Source: Parachlamydiales bacterium (GTDB lineage Bacteria > Chlamydiota > Chlamydiia > Chlamydiales > Rhabdochlamydiaceae). From it: 64,000 nt of DNA. Under the pieces are notes generated by a model, which did not search any database, was not told the origin of the DNA, and saw nothing but the letters and a program-made list of their open reading frames with translations. The stretch covers positions 1,568,001 through 1,632,000 of the forward strand of contig OY970065.1 in assembly GCA_963705295.1 (NCBI GenBank), read 5' to 3'. This document shows, one piece after another, positions 39,454 to 49,640 of this stretch (its first letter is position 1; each line of letters opens with the position of its first letter). The translations under genes were made by a program, and so were the position numbers.

Positions 39454-40715
39454 TCTCTTTTCGAAATTTACTTTTTCTTTTGCCGGCTTTAAGTTTCGCC
39501 ACGGAAACAGACGAGGGCCTTGGCATTAGCACGAACCCTAGTACTGTGGACATTGTGCCTGGAACGGGTGAACTCGGCGCGTGGATTTTTCAGCAACCGG
39601 AAACCTCGGGCGTTCGACTAGGCGGCGTCTGGATTTCTGATGGAGATGTCACTCTTACAGGAGGGCAAGGCTCCAAGCGTTGGAGTGGAAACAATTTAGT
39701 GGTTCTGGGGCTTAATTTAGATTTTGAAAAATACAATTTTTGGGAGGGAGGATCTTTCGGGATCGCGTATTTACAGTTTAACGGGATGGATTCGAATGGA
39801 AGGGCTGGGGTTGTTCAAGGATTTGATTCGATGTCCGTTGTCCCTCCCTTTACAAATCGTTCGGAATTATATGAAGTATGGATCCGCCAGGTGCTTTTTG
39901 ATGAAAAACTCGTTATTCGCCTAGGGAAAACAGTTCCTACCTACGATTTTAACAATGTGATTCGTCCTGTGCCCGTCCAAGATGAGAGTCTAGACATTCC
40001 AGGGGTGAGTGGTCTTTTGTATACTCCTATCTTTATCAATCCTGTCAATATTGGCGTGCTCCCTGGATATTACAACTCTGCCTACGGAGTTACAGTCAAC
40101 ATTGCTCCCACCGATAATTACTATCTTTCTTTGGGTAGCTACGACGGCAATTTAGCCCGAGGGGTCCAGACAGGACTTAAATTGGGTCCTCATTTCAATG
40201 GGTATTATTTTTATATTGCAGAAACAGGGGTCGATTGGTTGGCTGGGGAAGAGTGCAAACCAGGAAATATTGCTATTGGCGGATGGGTACAAACAGGAAA
40301 ACTATCTGTTCCCAATGTCGTAAAGCAGCACGGTGCTCAAGGCGTATATCTTTTCGGCTCTCAACGGGTTTGGTTTCAACACCCCGGTGTCGATCATAGC
40401 GGGATCAGCGTGTTTTGGCAGCTAGGTTATAACCATGCAAAAACCCTGCCGATGAATCGATTTGTAGGTTTTGGATTGACAGCATTTGCACTCACTCGTC
40501 CGAAAGATTCATTCGGTTTTGGAACTGCCTGGTCGCGGCTCAATCACAAACTTTTTACCCGAAGAAGCGAGTTGATGTTTCAATTCTATTACCAAGCCCA
40601 CCTCTTCCATACGACATACTTGGAACCTGTGATCAGTTATATTCCCACACCCGGCGGTGGATATCATCTCCCCCAAACTGTGATCGCAACTTTTCAAATG
40701 ATCACCCTATTCTAA
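39450..40715 (+). CDS. OprB-family carbohydrate-selective porin
   Basis: Signal peptide; LYEVWIRQ..FDEKLVIRLGK motif; C-terminal Phe. Confidence 0.85.
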   Translation: MISFRNLLFLLPALSFATETDEGLGISTNPSTVDIVPGTGELGAWIFQQPETSGVRLGGVWISDGDVTLTGGQGSKRWSGNNLVVLGLNLDFEKYNFWEGGSFGIAYLQFNGMDSNGRAGVVQGFDSMSVVPPFTNRSELYEVWIRQVLFDEKLVIRLGKTVPTYDFNNVIRPVPVQDESLDIPGVSGLLYTPIFINPVNIGVLPGYYNSAYGVTVNIAPTDNYYLSLGSYDGNLARGVQTGLKLGPHFNGYYFYIAETGVDWLAGEECKPGNIAIGGWVQTGKLSVPNVVKQHGAQGVYLFGSQRVWFQHPGVDHSGISVFWQLGYNHAKTLPMNRFVGFGLTAFALTRPKDSFGFGTAWSRLNHKLFTRRSELMFQFYYQAHLFHTTYLEPVISYIPTPGGGYHLPQTVIATFQMITLF

Positions 40716-40765
40716 TTGCAAAATACTAAGAACTATAATAACACGAGAATATACGAGGAGTTTTT

Positions 40766-41248
40766 ATGGATAAAAATGACGAAGCGTTTATGAAGAAAGC
40801 GATTGAGCTGAGCAGGAGAGCTTCCATTATTGAAAAAAGTGGAGGGGTTTTCGGCGCCGTCGTTGTCAAAGACGGCAAAATTATCGGTGAGGGATACAAT
40901 CAAGTTCTTAGACATAACGATCCGACATGGCACGCCGAAATGCAAGCCATACGAGAGGCGTGCAAAAAATTAGGAACACCTCATCTTAAAGGTTGCGTGA
41001 TGTACACCAGTGCTGAATGTTGCCCCATGTGTTTAGCCACAGCTTATTGGGCCCATCTCGATAAAGTCTATTATGCTGCGACAACAGCTGATGCTCTAAA
41101 ATATGGAGAATTTGCTGATATCGATATTTTGGACGAAATCCGAAAAGATCCCAAAGATCGGCGCATTAAATTCACACAAATGCTCCAGCCTGAAGCTGTC
41201 GAGGTTTGGAAAGAATTTTCCAAGATGCCTGACCGAGCGCGTTATTGA
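40766..41248 (+). CDS. Nucleoside/guanine deaminase (CDA fold)
   Basis: FGAVVVKDG, DPTWHAEMQAIR and CCPMC Zn motifs. Confidence 0.92.
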   Translation: MDKNDEAFMKKAIELSRRASIIEKSGGVFGAVVVKDGKIIGEGYNQVLRHNDPTWHAEMQAIREACKKLGTPHLKGCVMYTSAECCPMCLATAYWAHLDKVYYAATTADALKYGEFADIDILDEIRKDPKDRRIKFTQMLQPEAVEVWKEFSKMPDRARY

Positions 41249-42156
41249 TGAATGAAATCACGATATTGACCACTAAGGTCCATATTGAACCTCCATTAAA
41301 AGCACCATTTGCCGATTGGCAAGTCGATTTTAATACAACAGTTGCCGCATTTCCTGGCTTTGTTAGTATGGAAATTTTATCTGCTGTGTCTGAATGGAGG
41401 ATATTGCAACGGTTTTCAAACAGTGAAGCTTTGCAGGCTTGGAAGAAGTCTAAAGTACACCAGGAGCTCATTGAAAAATTGCAGCGCATTGTGGGCCCTA
41501 ATGCCATTGAAGAAACCGAATTAGAGGCAAGCAATCTTGAAGGAGGTGTTACCGAAGTCTTTGTGACACAGGTCGCCCCTGACATGGATGAGGCTTTTCG
41601 GAAATGGCTTGCGAAAATGCATCAAGCCGAAGCAAAATTCCCTGGATTTAGAGGCGTGTATGTTCAATCGCCCAGTACAACGGCTAAGAATTGGATAACG
41701 ATGCTCCAGTTCGACACGCCGGAAAATCTCGATCGGTGGTTAACATCCCCCGAGCGTAACCAAGTCCTAAAAGAATCCGAATCTTTCATAGCCTCCCTTG
41801 AAAGTCACCGTGTGATTTCCCCCTATGCAGGATGGTTTTCTTCCCTTGCAAAAACTGGCCTTCCTTCCGTCTGGAAGCAGACCATGGTCGTTCTCCTTGT
41901 CCTTTTCCCCATTGTCATATTCGAAATTAAATACCTGTCACCTTTGACATCCCAATGGGGCCCTTCCCTTGCAACCTTCATTGGCAATGCCCTCAGCGTG
42001 ACTTTAATCGCCTGGCCCATGATGCCCATCGCTATCCGTTTTCTCCGCTGGTGGCTCTGCCCTGTAACACCTCGACCCTCGATCACCCTTCTAGGCACCC
42101 TTGTCGTTCTAGCCCTTTATCTAATAGAAATTGCCATCTTCTGGAATTTTATTTGA
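41248..42156 (+). CDS. Tandem ABM (antibiotic biosynthesis monooxygenase-like) domains with C-terminal TM helices
   Basis: Two FPGF...F.....L..W repeats; WKQTMVVLLVLFP and further TM segments. Confidence 0.85.
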   Translation: MNEITILTTKVHIEPPLKAPFADWQVDFNTTVAAFPGFVSMEILSAVSEWRILQRFSNSEALQAWKKSKVHQELIEKLQRIVGPNAIEETELEASNLEGGVTEVFVTQVAPDMDEAFRKWLAKMHQAEAKFPGFRGVYVQSPSTTAKNWITMLQFDTPENLDRWLTSPERNQVLKESESFIASLESHRVISPYAGWFSSLAKTGLPSVWKQTMVVLLVLFPIVIFEIKYLSPLTSQWGPSLATFIGNALSVTLIAWPMMPIAIRFLRWWLCPVTPRPSITLLGTLVVLALYLIEIAIFWNFI

Positions 42157-42817
42157 CAATAATAAATTGGGTTCCTATCCACTGCATGAAGGGAATGAGA
42201 GCCGCATCAATTCTCCATCCATGATATGGATCCCGGATCGTAGCAGTCATCTTTTTAAGAGAAATCGCATCGAGAACAACCATGTGACTTCCCACTTCAG
42301 GATGAAGAATACCCAAAAGCCCAGGGCCGTCTTTTAATAAAGCCATCAACGTTGTCACCCTTTCAATGGCACCACCGTGAAGGTTATGGATCTTGTACAA
42401 CAGACCCGCCTTTTGAAGAAATCTCTCCATCATTTCCTCGGTTGTCATATTTCCTCGCCGCATCTCTTCGAAAAGGGGCGTTCTCCCCAGATCGAGCGCC
42501 AGCATCGTGATGGCTGTCGGTACACAGGTCCGGGTTCCTTGCTGCAGCAGAACATGCTTGCCATCGCCTGTTAGAGGATACTTTTTTACGATCTGCTCAT
42601 CCGTGACAAACTCGGCAGTCCCATGCGCTGATATCGGGTTAAAATCTTGATCAAAATAAACCGTATCATTCCAACTAACCCGGGGAATCCTCCGTGCAGG
42701 CAACTCTCCCTCTTCCTCTACTTTTGCATATTTATGTGAAACGTGGTCCACAAATGAAGAAGACCGGGGTCTTTTAAACTCAAGAATCCGTTCACAACCT
42801 CCAACCGGCTGACTCAT
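42149..42817 (-). CDS. C39-like (papain-fold) cysteine peptidase
   Basis: QQGTRTC (Cys), GSHMVV (His) and IRDPYHG (Asp); ATG at 42817 preferred because it lies 7 nt after a TAAACT box. Confidence 0.75.
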   Translation of the reverse strand: MSQPVGGCERILEFKRPRSSSFVDHVSHKYAKVEEEGELPARRIPRVSWNDTVYFDQDFNPISAHGTAEFVTDEQIVKKYPLTGDGKHVLLQQGTRTCVPTAITMLALDLGRTPLFEEMRRGNMTTEEMMERFLQKAGLLYKIHNLHGGAIERVTTLMALLKDGPGLLGILHPEVGSHMVVLDAISLKKMTATIRDPYHGWRIDAALIPFMQWIGTQFIIVK

Positions 42818-42892
42818 ACCCAAGAGTTTATACCTCGGGCCCGATAAAAGAAAAGGGTACTTTTTATTAAAATAATGTTAAAATGTCTCAAT

Positions 42893-44950
42893 ATGTCTTT
42901 AATTGTTAGATCAATGCCCGAAGAACTATGGGTATATATTTTTAGTTATACAGATGTTCAAACAAGAAATGCATCTAGTTTGAGTTGTAAAATATTTGCT
43001 AGAGTTATGAGAGAATTTGTTCGATCGGTTTATTTACCCTCGGATGATCGTCATCTTCAGAAATTTCTTTCTAGGTTCCCTCCACACGTTAAAAGAATTT
43101 TCTTTGGCAGTTGGAGTTGTAAGAGAGTCGCTGCGCTTCTTTCGGAACCAGAAGTTCAAAAAGTCGAAATGTTATCGCTTGTTGCACTGAATGGGCTAGA
43201 GGAAGAAGATCTTTTATCAAAAGCTATTTTAAAATTAACATCGTTAAGAATATTAAAGATCGTATCCTCTAATAATGTAGGTGTTTGCATTCATCCCTCT
43301 CTTCATTTGAGGAGTTTGATTCTAGAAAATTGTTATCCTCTTAGAATCGCGCTGTTTCCACCTTCACTTGAACATCTCAGTATCCATGATGTTCCAAAAT
43401 CGGGCTTACCAACTCTGACAAACTTATCTAAACTTCAACTCCTCCGCGATGAACAGAACCTTTATCCCGAATATCAAGGTACAAGGTACACCTCTAAAAC
43501 GTTGGCTTCCGGAGATTTAAAAACAATAGAGTCGTTATTCAATCAAGGCGCAGATCCCAATACTGCTCCACTGCCTATACTGGGCGATCATGCACGTTTA
43601 GCTTTATTCATCAAAAATGGAGCTAATCTTAGAATTCAAGATCTCGAAGATGCAATCAATAAACCTTGTTTCGCATGTGTGTCTTTATTATTGAATGGAG
43701 GAGCTCCCTGCAATGATGTCAATCGTCAAGGGAACACTCCCTTACATCAAGCAGTTCAACAGAGTCTTAGTAATATTGCTCACTTACTTATCAGAAATGG
43801 AGCCTATGTTCGAGCTACAAACGCCAAATATGAAACTCCTTTGCACGCCGCTGCTTCCAATGGGGATACTGCTTGCGGAGCTTTGTTAGTCAGTCATGGC
43901 GCCGATTTGAATGCTCGAGCTATCCATAAATGGTCTCCTTTGCATAAAGCGGCGGAAAATGGTCAAGGGGACTTTGCAAATTTTCTATTGGAGAAAGGTG
44001 CGGATATCCATGCAAGAGATGACATGCGTGCTACTCCTCTTCACCGTGCAGCCCTTAAAGGTCATGTGAGTGTAGCGAGATTATTAGTGAGCAAAGGGGC
44101 TTCGATGGATGCTGTTGATAAAAAAAATTCCACTCCTTTGCATGTGGCAATACAGCATGGCCATGTTGCATGTGCGACTTTCCTTGTAAATCAAGGGGCT
44201 AATATCAAGGCTCTTAATTTGGAAAATATGACACCTTTGCATTATACCTACCATTCCAAGGATGATACCTTGCCGTTATTGCTCCTTAGCAAAGGTGCAG
44301 ACATGCATGCAAAAAATGCGAAAGGTGAAACTTCTTTACATCTGTCCGTCGCTTATGGTTCCAGAACACGCGTAAGCCTCATGCTCGATCAGGGAGCCGA
44401 TATTCATGCTCAAAATCATCTCAATGAAACCGTCTTGCATTACCTTGTCAGGAGAGACTCTGTCCATTTTAAACGACCCCTTTTAGAATTACTTGTGGAA
44501 AGAGGAGCGAATATCAATGCTACAAATCATGAAGGCAAAACACCTTTGCAAATTGCTAGAGATAAAAAACTCAAATGTCTTCCATATCTCTTACATGTAA
44601 AAACAGCTCTAGAAAAAGTTGATGCCGTCGGTAGAACCTCTTTACACCTTGCAGCGGCCCAAGGGGATCAAACCCAGGTTCGCCTGCTTTTGAGCAGAGG
44701 ATCCCCTATTGATGCCATCGATCATTTTCATGAAACTCCTCTCCATTTAGCAGCCACCGAGGGTCGTGATGAATGTGTCGCTTTACTCCTTGAAAAAGGT
44801 GCAAACCTACAATCAAAAAATGTCATGGACCTCACTCCTTTAGAAGTGGCAATGCTTCATCAAAAAGAAAAATGTATCGAACTACTTACCAAAGAAGAAA
44901 GGAGAATTTCTCAAACGAAACGGAAATTTATTAACCCAATGGTCAAATAG
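42893..44950 (+). CDS. F-box, LRR and long ankyrin-repeat protein
   Basis: MPEELWVYIFSY...CKIF F-box; LRSLILENC LRR; many TPLH.A ankyrin repeats. Confidence 0.92.
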   Translation: MSLIVRSMPEELWVYIFSYTDVQTRNASSLSCKIFARVMREFVRSVYLPSDDRHLQKFLSRFPPHVKRIFFGSWSCKRVAALLSEPEVQKVEMLSLVALNGLEEEDLLSKAILKLTSLRILKIVSSNNVGVCIHPSLHLRSLILENCYPLRIALFPPSLEHLSIHDVPKSGLPTLTNLSKLQLLRDEQNLYPEYQGTRYTSKTLASGDLKTIESLFNQGADPNTAPLPILGDHARLALFIKNGANLRIQDLEDAINKPCFACVSLLLNGGAPCNDVNRQGNTPLHQAVQQSLSNIAHLLIRNGAYVRATNAKYETPLHAAASNGDTACGALLVSHGADLNARAIHKWSPLHKAAENGQGDFANFLLEKGADIHARDDMRATPLHRAALKGHVSVARLLVSKGASMDAVDKKNSTPLHVAIQHGHVACATFLVNQGANIKALNLENMTPLHYTYHSKDDTLPLLLLSKGADMHAKNAKGETSLHLSVAYGSRTRVSLMLDQGADIHAQNHLNETVLHYLVRRDSVHFKRPLLELLVERGANINATNHEGKTPLQIARDKKLKCLPYLLHVKTALEKVDAVGRTSLHLAAAQGDQTQVRLLLSRGSPIDAIDHFHETPLHLAATEGRDECVALLLEKGANLQSKNVMDLTPLEVAMLHQKEKCIELLTKEERRISQTKRKFINPMVK

Positions 44951-45093
44951 GTGACAAAAGGGCTTAGCGAGGCAAAGCCAGATTGATTCTCGCGAGGAAT
45001 AACATTCTTGAATACGAAGGATTCCGAGCGAGAATCGATATGGCGAAGCCGCAGCAAGCATCTTTGTCGCCTATTTGATCAGCGGGTTAATAC
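44928..45093 (+). repeat. Nested palindromic element E4
   Basis: Core 44967-45060 identical to E1 16930-17023, but the outer stem differs (GGTCAAATAGGTGACAAA / TTTGTCGCCTATTTGATC); contains the stop codons of both flanking genes. Confidence 0.93.
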
Positions 45094-46100
45094 CGATACT
45101 TCTCATAAATAGTCAGAGCACAGGCAGCCACGAGGACCATTAAAATCCCTAGGGCAGTATTGTAATTGCGTACGAAATGATAGACACGGGACGGTGTCGG
45201 TACAAGAGGTGCAGCAGCCTGCTGGGCAGTCACATATTTCAAACATTCTGCATGGAATGCTCGGATTCTACGATGCTGCTCTTCGATGGGCAAATTGTCA
45301 GCATAGGTGACATCCATTAGATGAGTAGGGTTTCTGGTCATTTTTTCTAGAGCATTTTCAAAGGGGCCAAGTTGATTAAATTTATAGGAAAGCTGCCTAC
45401 AAACCAGTTTGATTTCTCTTCCTTTGAGATCAAAAATAACACTATCCCCTTCTTTTTTCCCTAGAAACAGTTGAGCGGGAAGAGCATCATCTATATTTTT
45501 TGCATGCCTGGACCAATTGCCACATCTATGACTCATAACCCATGTTTCAACGGAGACAAGCGGACCACCTTCGGTCCCATAGTTTCCATGATACCTCAGT
45601 CTCTCTCCGCAAACATACGCTGGATTGGGAATGATAAAAACATCCCCTTTTTCTCGATTTTTAGCTTTGGCAAGAACAAGAGCCATAGCCTTCACAGAAG
45701 GTACATCATCCGATTTCGGGGACTCTAATAGATTTAACTCTCTAGGCGCGAGATCACAAAGAGCATCGATGATATCTTCTGCAAATTGATCGATGTTTCT
45801 AGCCACTTCTACGCCTCGACATGTAAAAATACGACGAAAGTAGTTACCTAAGTCGACAGTGGTGAATTTTTTGATATCCGGATAGGCAGGCCGATCATTA
45901 GATATTAAAAAACCTTCGCTATGTGTGAGTTCTTTAAGCTTTTGATCCCAATGATTGACCAATCGAATCCATTTGTAGCCTCGCAATTCACCGACGATAC
46001 TTCTGTATACCCTTGAACTTTGACGGAGCGCACGTATCTCAGATCCATCACAGAAGGAAAAAACATGGGCTAATAATTCTTGCGGCAATGTAATAGCCAT
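45087..46100 (-). CDS. F-box-like protein with C-terminal TM tail
   Basis: LPQELLAHVFSFC F-box; ALGILMVLVAACALTIY tail. Confidence 0.8.
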   Translation of the reverse strand: MAITLPQELLAHVFSFCDGSEIRALRQSSRVYRSIVGELRGYKWIRLVNHWDQKLKELTHSEGFLISNDRPAYPDIKKFTTVDLGNYFRRIFTCRGVEVARNIDQFAEDIIDALCDLAPRELNLLESPKSDDVPSVKAMALVLAKAKNREKGDVFIIPNPAYVCGERLRYHGNYGTEGGPLVSVETWVMSHRCGNWSRHAKNIDDALPAQLFLGKKEGDSVIFDLKGREIKLVCRQLSYKFNQLGPFENALEKMTRNPTHLMDVTYADNLPIEEQHRRIRAFHAECLKYVTAQQAAAPLVPTPSRVYHFVRNYNTALGILMVLVAACALTIYEKYRY

Positions 46101-46107
46101 GAGAAGT

Positions 46108-46136
46108 ATTATATATTAGTTTTTTAATAATTTCAA
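46108..46136 (-). promoter_or_regulatory. Sigma70-type promoter (leaderless-type)
   Basis: Minus strand reads TTGAAA-N17-TATAAT, then 7 nt and ATG. Confidence 0.75.
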
Positions 46137-46249
46137 TAAATCGCAACAAATTGTGCATCAGTTAATTATAGAAATTTCCGAACCAAAATATCCAATTTTA
46201 TTGGAGATTTGTGTCTAAAACATACTCTCATGAATTTTTTATCATGCAC

Positions 46250-46332
46250 TATCAAGCATATCCTATGAATCATGTTTTTGGCGTTGTCTACACAGTTGCC
46301 GGAAAAACATGATTCATAGGATATGCTTGATA
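46250..46332. repeat. Perfect 30-bp inverted repeat with 23-nt loop
   Basis: TATCAAGCATATCCTATGAATCATGTTTTT (46250-46279) / AAAAACATGATTCATAGGATATGCTTGATA (46303-46332). Confidence 0.92.
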
Positions 46333-46396
46333 CACGTGATATGAAAAAGGAGAGAAATCCGATAACACGCGATTGGCTAAAATTCACAATGAATTT

Positions 46397-48064
46397 TCAG
46401 CCAGAAATTAAAACACTGGCATGCTTGAGGGCGGCGTCGATGTGGGGGAAGATGTTTTTTCGGCCGATGAGATCGGCGAGGCCGAACTTTTTGAGACTTT
46501 CGAGGGGTCGATCTTTTACGCCGGATAGGAGGAGGATGGTGTTGTCTTTTTGGCATTTGTAGTAAAACTCTTTGAGGGCGTGCATGCCGGAGGCATCGAT
46601 GATCGGAACATGGCGCATGCGTAAGATGAAGACTTTGGGTGGTTTTTCGAGATTGTGCAGGATGTCTTTCAAGCTATCGGCAACGCCAAAGAAGAAAGGT
46701 CCGGTGATTTCGTAGACTTCCGTATGGGGCGGGATATGTTTTTTAGAAATCGCATCACGGTCTTTTTCCTCTTCTTCTTCGACTTGGATGGCGGTCGATA
46801 CTTTGGGTGAGAGATCGCTCATCCGTTTCATGAATAAAAATGCGGCGAGGATCATCCCAATTTCAACGGCAACGGTCAGATCGACAAAAACGGTGAGCAA
46901 AAAGACGGTCAAAAGGACTGCCACATCGCCCAGTGGTGCTTTGAGCAGATGGCGAAAATGGGTGATTTCGCTCATATTCCAAGCGACCATCATCAAAACA
47001 GCGGAAAGAGCAGGCAAAGGGATTTTTCCAACGAGCGGAGCAAAAGCCAAGATAATCAGAAAGAGAGTGATCGCATGGATCATCCCTGCAACAGGGGTTT
47101 TTCCGCCCGTCTTGATATTGGTCGCTGTTCTTGCAATGGCGCCTGTCGCAGGAATTCCTCCAAAGAAGATAGATCCGATGTTGCCGATCCCTTGGGCTAC
47201 CAGTTCGCAGTTAGATTTATGTCTTCCACCTGTCATTCCATCGGCAACGACAGCAGAAAGCAAAGATTCAACCCCTGCTAAAAAAGCAATCACCAGAGCA
47301 TCGGGGAGTAAATTCTGCAGACTTTGCAAACTCAAATGAAAACTGGGAAGTTTTGGAGTCGGAAGGAGACGGGGAATTTCTCCAAAGCGAGAGGCGATTG
47401 TTTCTACCGGCAGCTGAAATATAATACACGTTGCTGTTGCAAGAGCAATCGCTGTAATGCCCCAAGGAAGAGAAGGGATATATTTCCGGACGATCAAAAT
47501 GATGCCTAAGGTAGTAGCAGCGACCCCGAATGTCACACCGTCGAATGTGGGAAAACACTTAAAATAGAGATCCCACTGGCCAAGAAAACTCGAAGGTACG
47601 GCAGCAATTTTAAGGCCAAAAAAATCTTTGATCTGCGAAGAGAAGATAATCACGGCGATTCCAGAAGTAAAACCGGTTACGAGAGGATAAGGGATAAACT
47701 TGATGAGTGTGCCCAGCCGGAATAATCCGGCGATAATTAATAATGCAGCTGCAATTAAAGTAGCAAATACGAGTCCATCGTACCCTTGTCTTTGAATAAT
47801 TCCATAAATGATCACGACAAAAGCTCCGGTGGGACCGCCAATCTGAAATCGGCTTCCACCGAGAAGCGAAATTAAAAAACCGGCCACGATCGCGGTATAT
47901 AAACCACGTTCTGGTTCGACACCGGAAGCAATGGCAAATGCCATAGCCAGCGGCAGGGCGACGACGCCGACGGTTAACCCGGCAATTAAATCATGTCGAA
48001 ATGTATTCCAGGAATACTCCCTTAAACAAATCCATGACTTGGGAACAAAGGGCTTAATGGGCAT
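46397..48064 (-). CDS. SulP/SLC26 anion transporter with STAS domain
   Basis: DLIAGLTVGVVALPLAMAFA, GGPTGAF, ESLLSA and GPFFFG...IDASG motifs; true start is probably MPIKPF at 48064. Confidence 0.95.
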   Translation of the reverse strand: MPIKPFVPKSWICLREYSWNTFRHDLIAGLTVGVVALPLAMAFAIASGVEPERGLYTAIVAGFLISLLGGSRFQIGGPTGAFVVIIYGIIQRQGYDGLVFATLIAAALLIIAGLFRLGTLIKFIPYPLVTGFTSGIAVIIFSSQIKDFFGLKIAAVPSSFLGQWDLYFKCFPTFDGVTFGVAATTLGIILIVRKYIPSLPWGITAIALATATCIIFQLPVETIASRFGEIPRLLPTPKLPSFHLSLQSLQNLLPDALVIAFLAGVESLLSAVVADGMTGGRHKSNCELVAQGIGNIGSIFFGGIPATGAIARTATNIKTGGKTPVAGMIHAITLFLIILAFAPLVGKIPLPALSAVLMMVAWNMSEITHFRHLLKAPLGDVAVLLTVFLLTVFVDLTVAVEIGMILAAFLFMKRMSDLSPKVSTAIQVEEEEEKDRDAISKKHIPPHTEVYEITGPFFFGVADSLKDILHNLEKPPKVFILRMRHVPIIDASGMHALKEFYYKCQKDNTILLLSGVKDRPLESLKKFGLADLIGRKNIFPHIDAALKHASVLISG

Positions 48065-48584
48065 ATTTCTTCTTGATTTCGCGGAGTTCGGGCTGTGCTT
48101 TATGGAGGAATTTTTTAGGGACACGGTCGATGTAGAGGACGCCGTTGAGGTGGTCGTTTTCGTGCATGATGACGCGGCCATTGTGCCATTCGAACTCTTC
48201 GGTGAGGACGGTGCCATCGAGTTTGGTTGACTCGACCTTGACTTTGAAGGGCCTTTCGACGGGGAGATTGAGTTTTGGGATAGAAAGACATCCTTCGTCG
48301 GTGACCCACGTCTCCTGGGAGTATCCGAGGATTTTTGGATTGACATAGACGTGCGGTTCTGAAAGGGCCCATTTCCCATCAGGAAGGTGGATGTATCTGC
48401 GCAGAACAAAGAGACGGATGGAATGGCCAACTTGGGGGGCGGAGAGTCCGATGCCCCGTCCTCCTTCATCCATGGTTTCGATCATGTCGGCAGCGAGCTG
48501 CCGAATCTCATCGGTGATTTCGGCAATCGGCTCACATTTTTTCCGGAGAATGGGATCGCCGTAGTAACGGAGCGGGAGCTTCAT
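48054..48584 (-). CDS. def: Peptide deformylase
   Basis: GIGLSAPQVG, EGCLSIP and HENDHLNG motifs. Confidence 0.98.
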   Translation of the reverse strand: MKLPLRYYGDPILRKKCEPIAEITDEIRQLAADMIETMDEGGRGIGLSAPQVGHSIRLFVLRRYIHLPDGKWALSEPHVYVNPKILGYSQETWVTDEGCLSIPKLNLPVERPFKVKVESTKLDGTVLTEEFEWHNGRVIMHENDHLNGVLYIDRVPKKFLHKAQPELREIKKKYAH

Positions 48585-48871
48585 TTCTGGACGTCTTCAA
48601 TCGTTGTGGGGAGAGCCTTCACACGGTGCGAGCTGATCGTCGATGACCAGATGGAGAGGACCAAGCAGGCCACCATAAAGACAACGGCGAGCCATGCGGT
48701 GAACTTCTTTAAAACATCGGCCGTAGACGTTCCAAAGAGCGACTCCCCCGGATCTCCTCCAAAAGAGGCTCCAAGGCCAAGGCTTTTGCTCTCTTGCACC
48801 AGGATAACCAGGCAGAGAATGCCGCAGAGAAACATGAAAAAGAAAATAGAAAGATAAAATAAGAAAGTCAT
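48581..48871 (-). CDS. secG: Preprotein translocase subunit SecG
   Basis: ILVQESKSLGLGASFGG; two TM helices; downstream of tpiA. Confidence 0.95.
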   Translation of the reverse strand: MTFLFYLSIFFFMFLCGILCLVILVQESKSLGLGASFGGDPGESLFGTSTADVLKKFTAWLAVVFMVACLVLSIWSSTISSHRVKALPTTIEDVQK

Positions 48872-49611
48872 GGGTTGAATCCTTGGATAATTTTAATAAA
48901 TTTTGTGACATCGAGGGAGGCGCCTCCAACAAGGGCACCATCGATATCGGGTTGCAGGGCAAGGCCAGAGGCCGTTTCAGGAGTGACCGAGCCGCCGTAA
49001 AGAATAGGGGTTTTTTCGCTGATTTTCTTTCCCCAGACCTCTTCAATAACGCCGCGGCAAAATCGGTGGGCTTCCTGTGCAATTTCCGGCGTCGCAGTTT
49101 TACCTGTGCCGATCGCCCAGACAGGTTCATAGGCAATGACGAGATCTCCAGGGGGAATATTTCCTAGGGCGGTTTTGAGTTGCGCGGCCAGCACATCGAA
49201 TGTTTTCCCTTCTTGTCTTTTCTCGAGAGTCTCGCCCACACAAAGAATCGGAAGGAGATGGTGGGTCAACGCTTGCTTGAGTTTGAGATGGATTCTCTCA
49301 TCGGTTTCATGGAAAAGTCTCCGCCTCTCCGAATGGCCCAAGATGACAAACCGAGCCCCGGCATCTTTCAACATGGTTGCCGATATTTCGCCGGTATAAG
49401 CCCCCTCTTCTGCCTCATGCATATTTTGAGCTCCGATGACGTAAGGTTCAGATCTGGATATGAGGGGAAGAGCCGTGAAAGGAGGAGCAATGAAAACTTG
49501 GCAAGATGGGTTTGGGAGATCTTTTTTTAAAGCCCGAATAAATGTCTCGGCTTCAACTCCTGTCTTGTACATTTTCCAGTTGGCAGCAATAATAGGGTTT
49601 CTATTGGACAT
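48868..49611 (-). CDS. tpiA: Triosephosphate isomerase
   Basis: NWKM, GHSERR, AYEPVWAIGTG, LYGGSV and LVGGASL motifs. Confidence 0.99.
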   Translation of the reverse strand: MSNRNPIIAANWKMYKTGVEAETFIRALKKDLPNPSCQVFIAPPFTALPLISRSEPYVIGAQNMHEAEEGAYTGEISATMLKDAGARFVILGHSERRRLFHETDERIHLKLKQALTHHLLPILCVGETLEKRQEGKTFDVLAAQLKTALGNIPPGDLVIAYEPVWAIGTGKTATPEIAQEAHRFCRGVIEEVWGKKISEKTPILYGGSVTPETASGLALQPDIDGALVGGASLDVTKFIKIIQGFNP

Positions 49612-49640
49612 GGGAATATTTTAGCTAAACCCTTGAGCAA

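Noticed and set aside
48065..48469. 135-aa Ser-rich N-terminal extension of the SulP ORF
   Set aside because: It is an alternative frame of def; SulP-like sequence begins at MPIKPF (48064).
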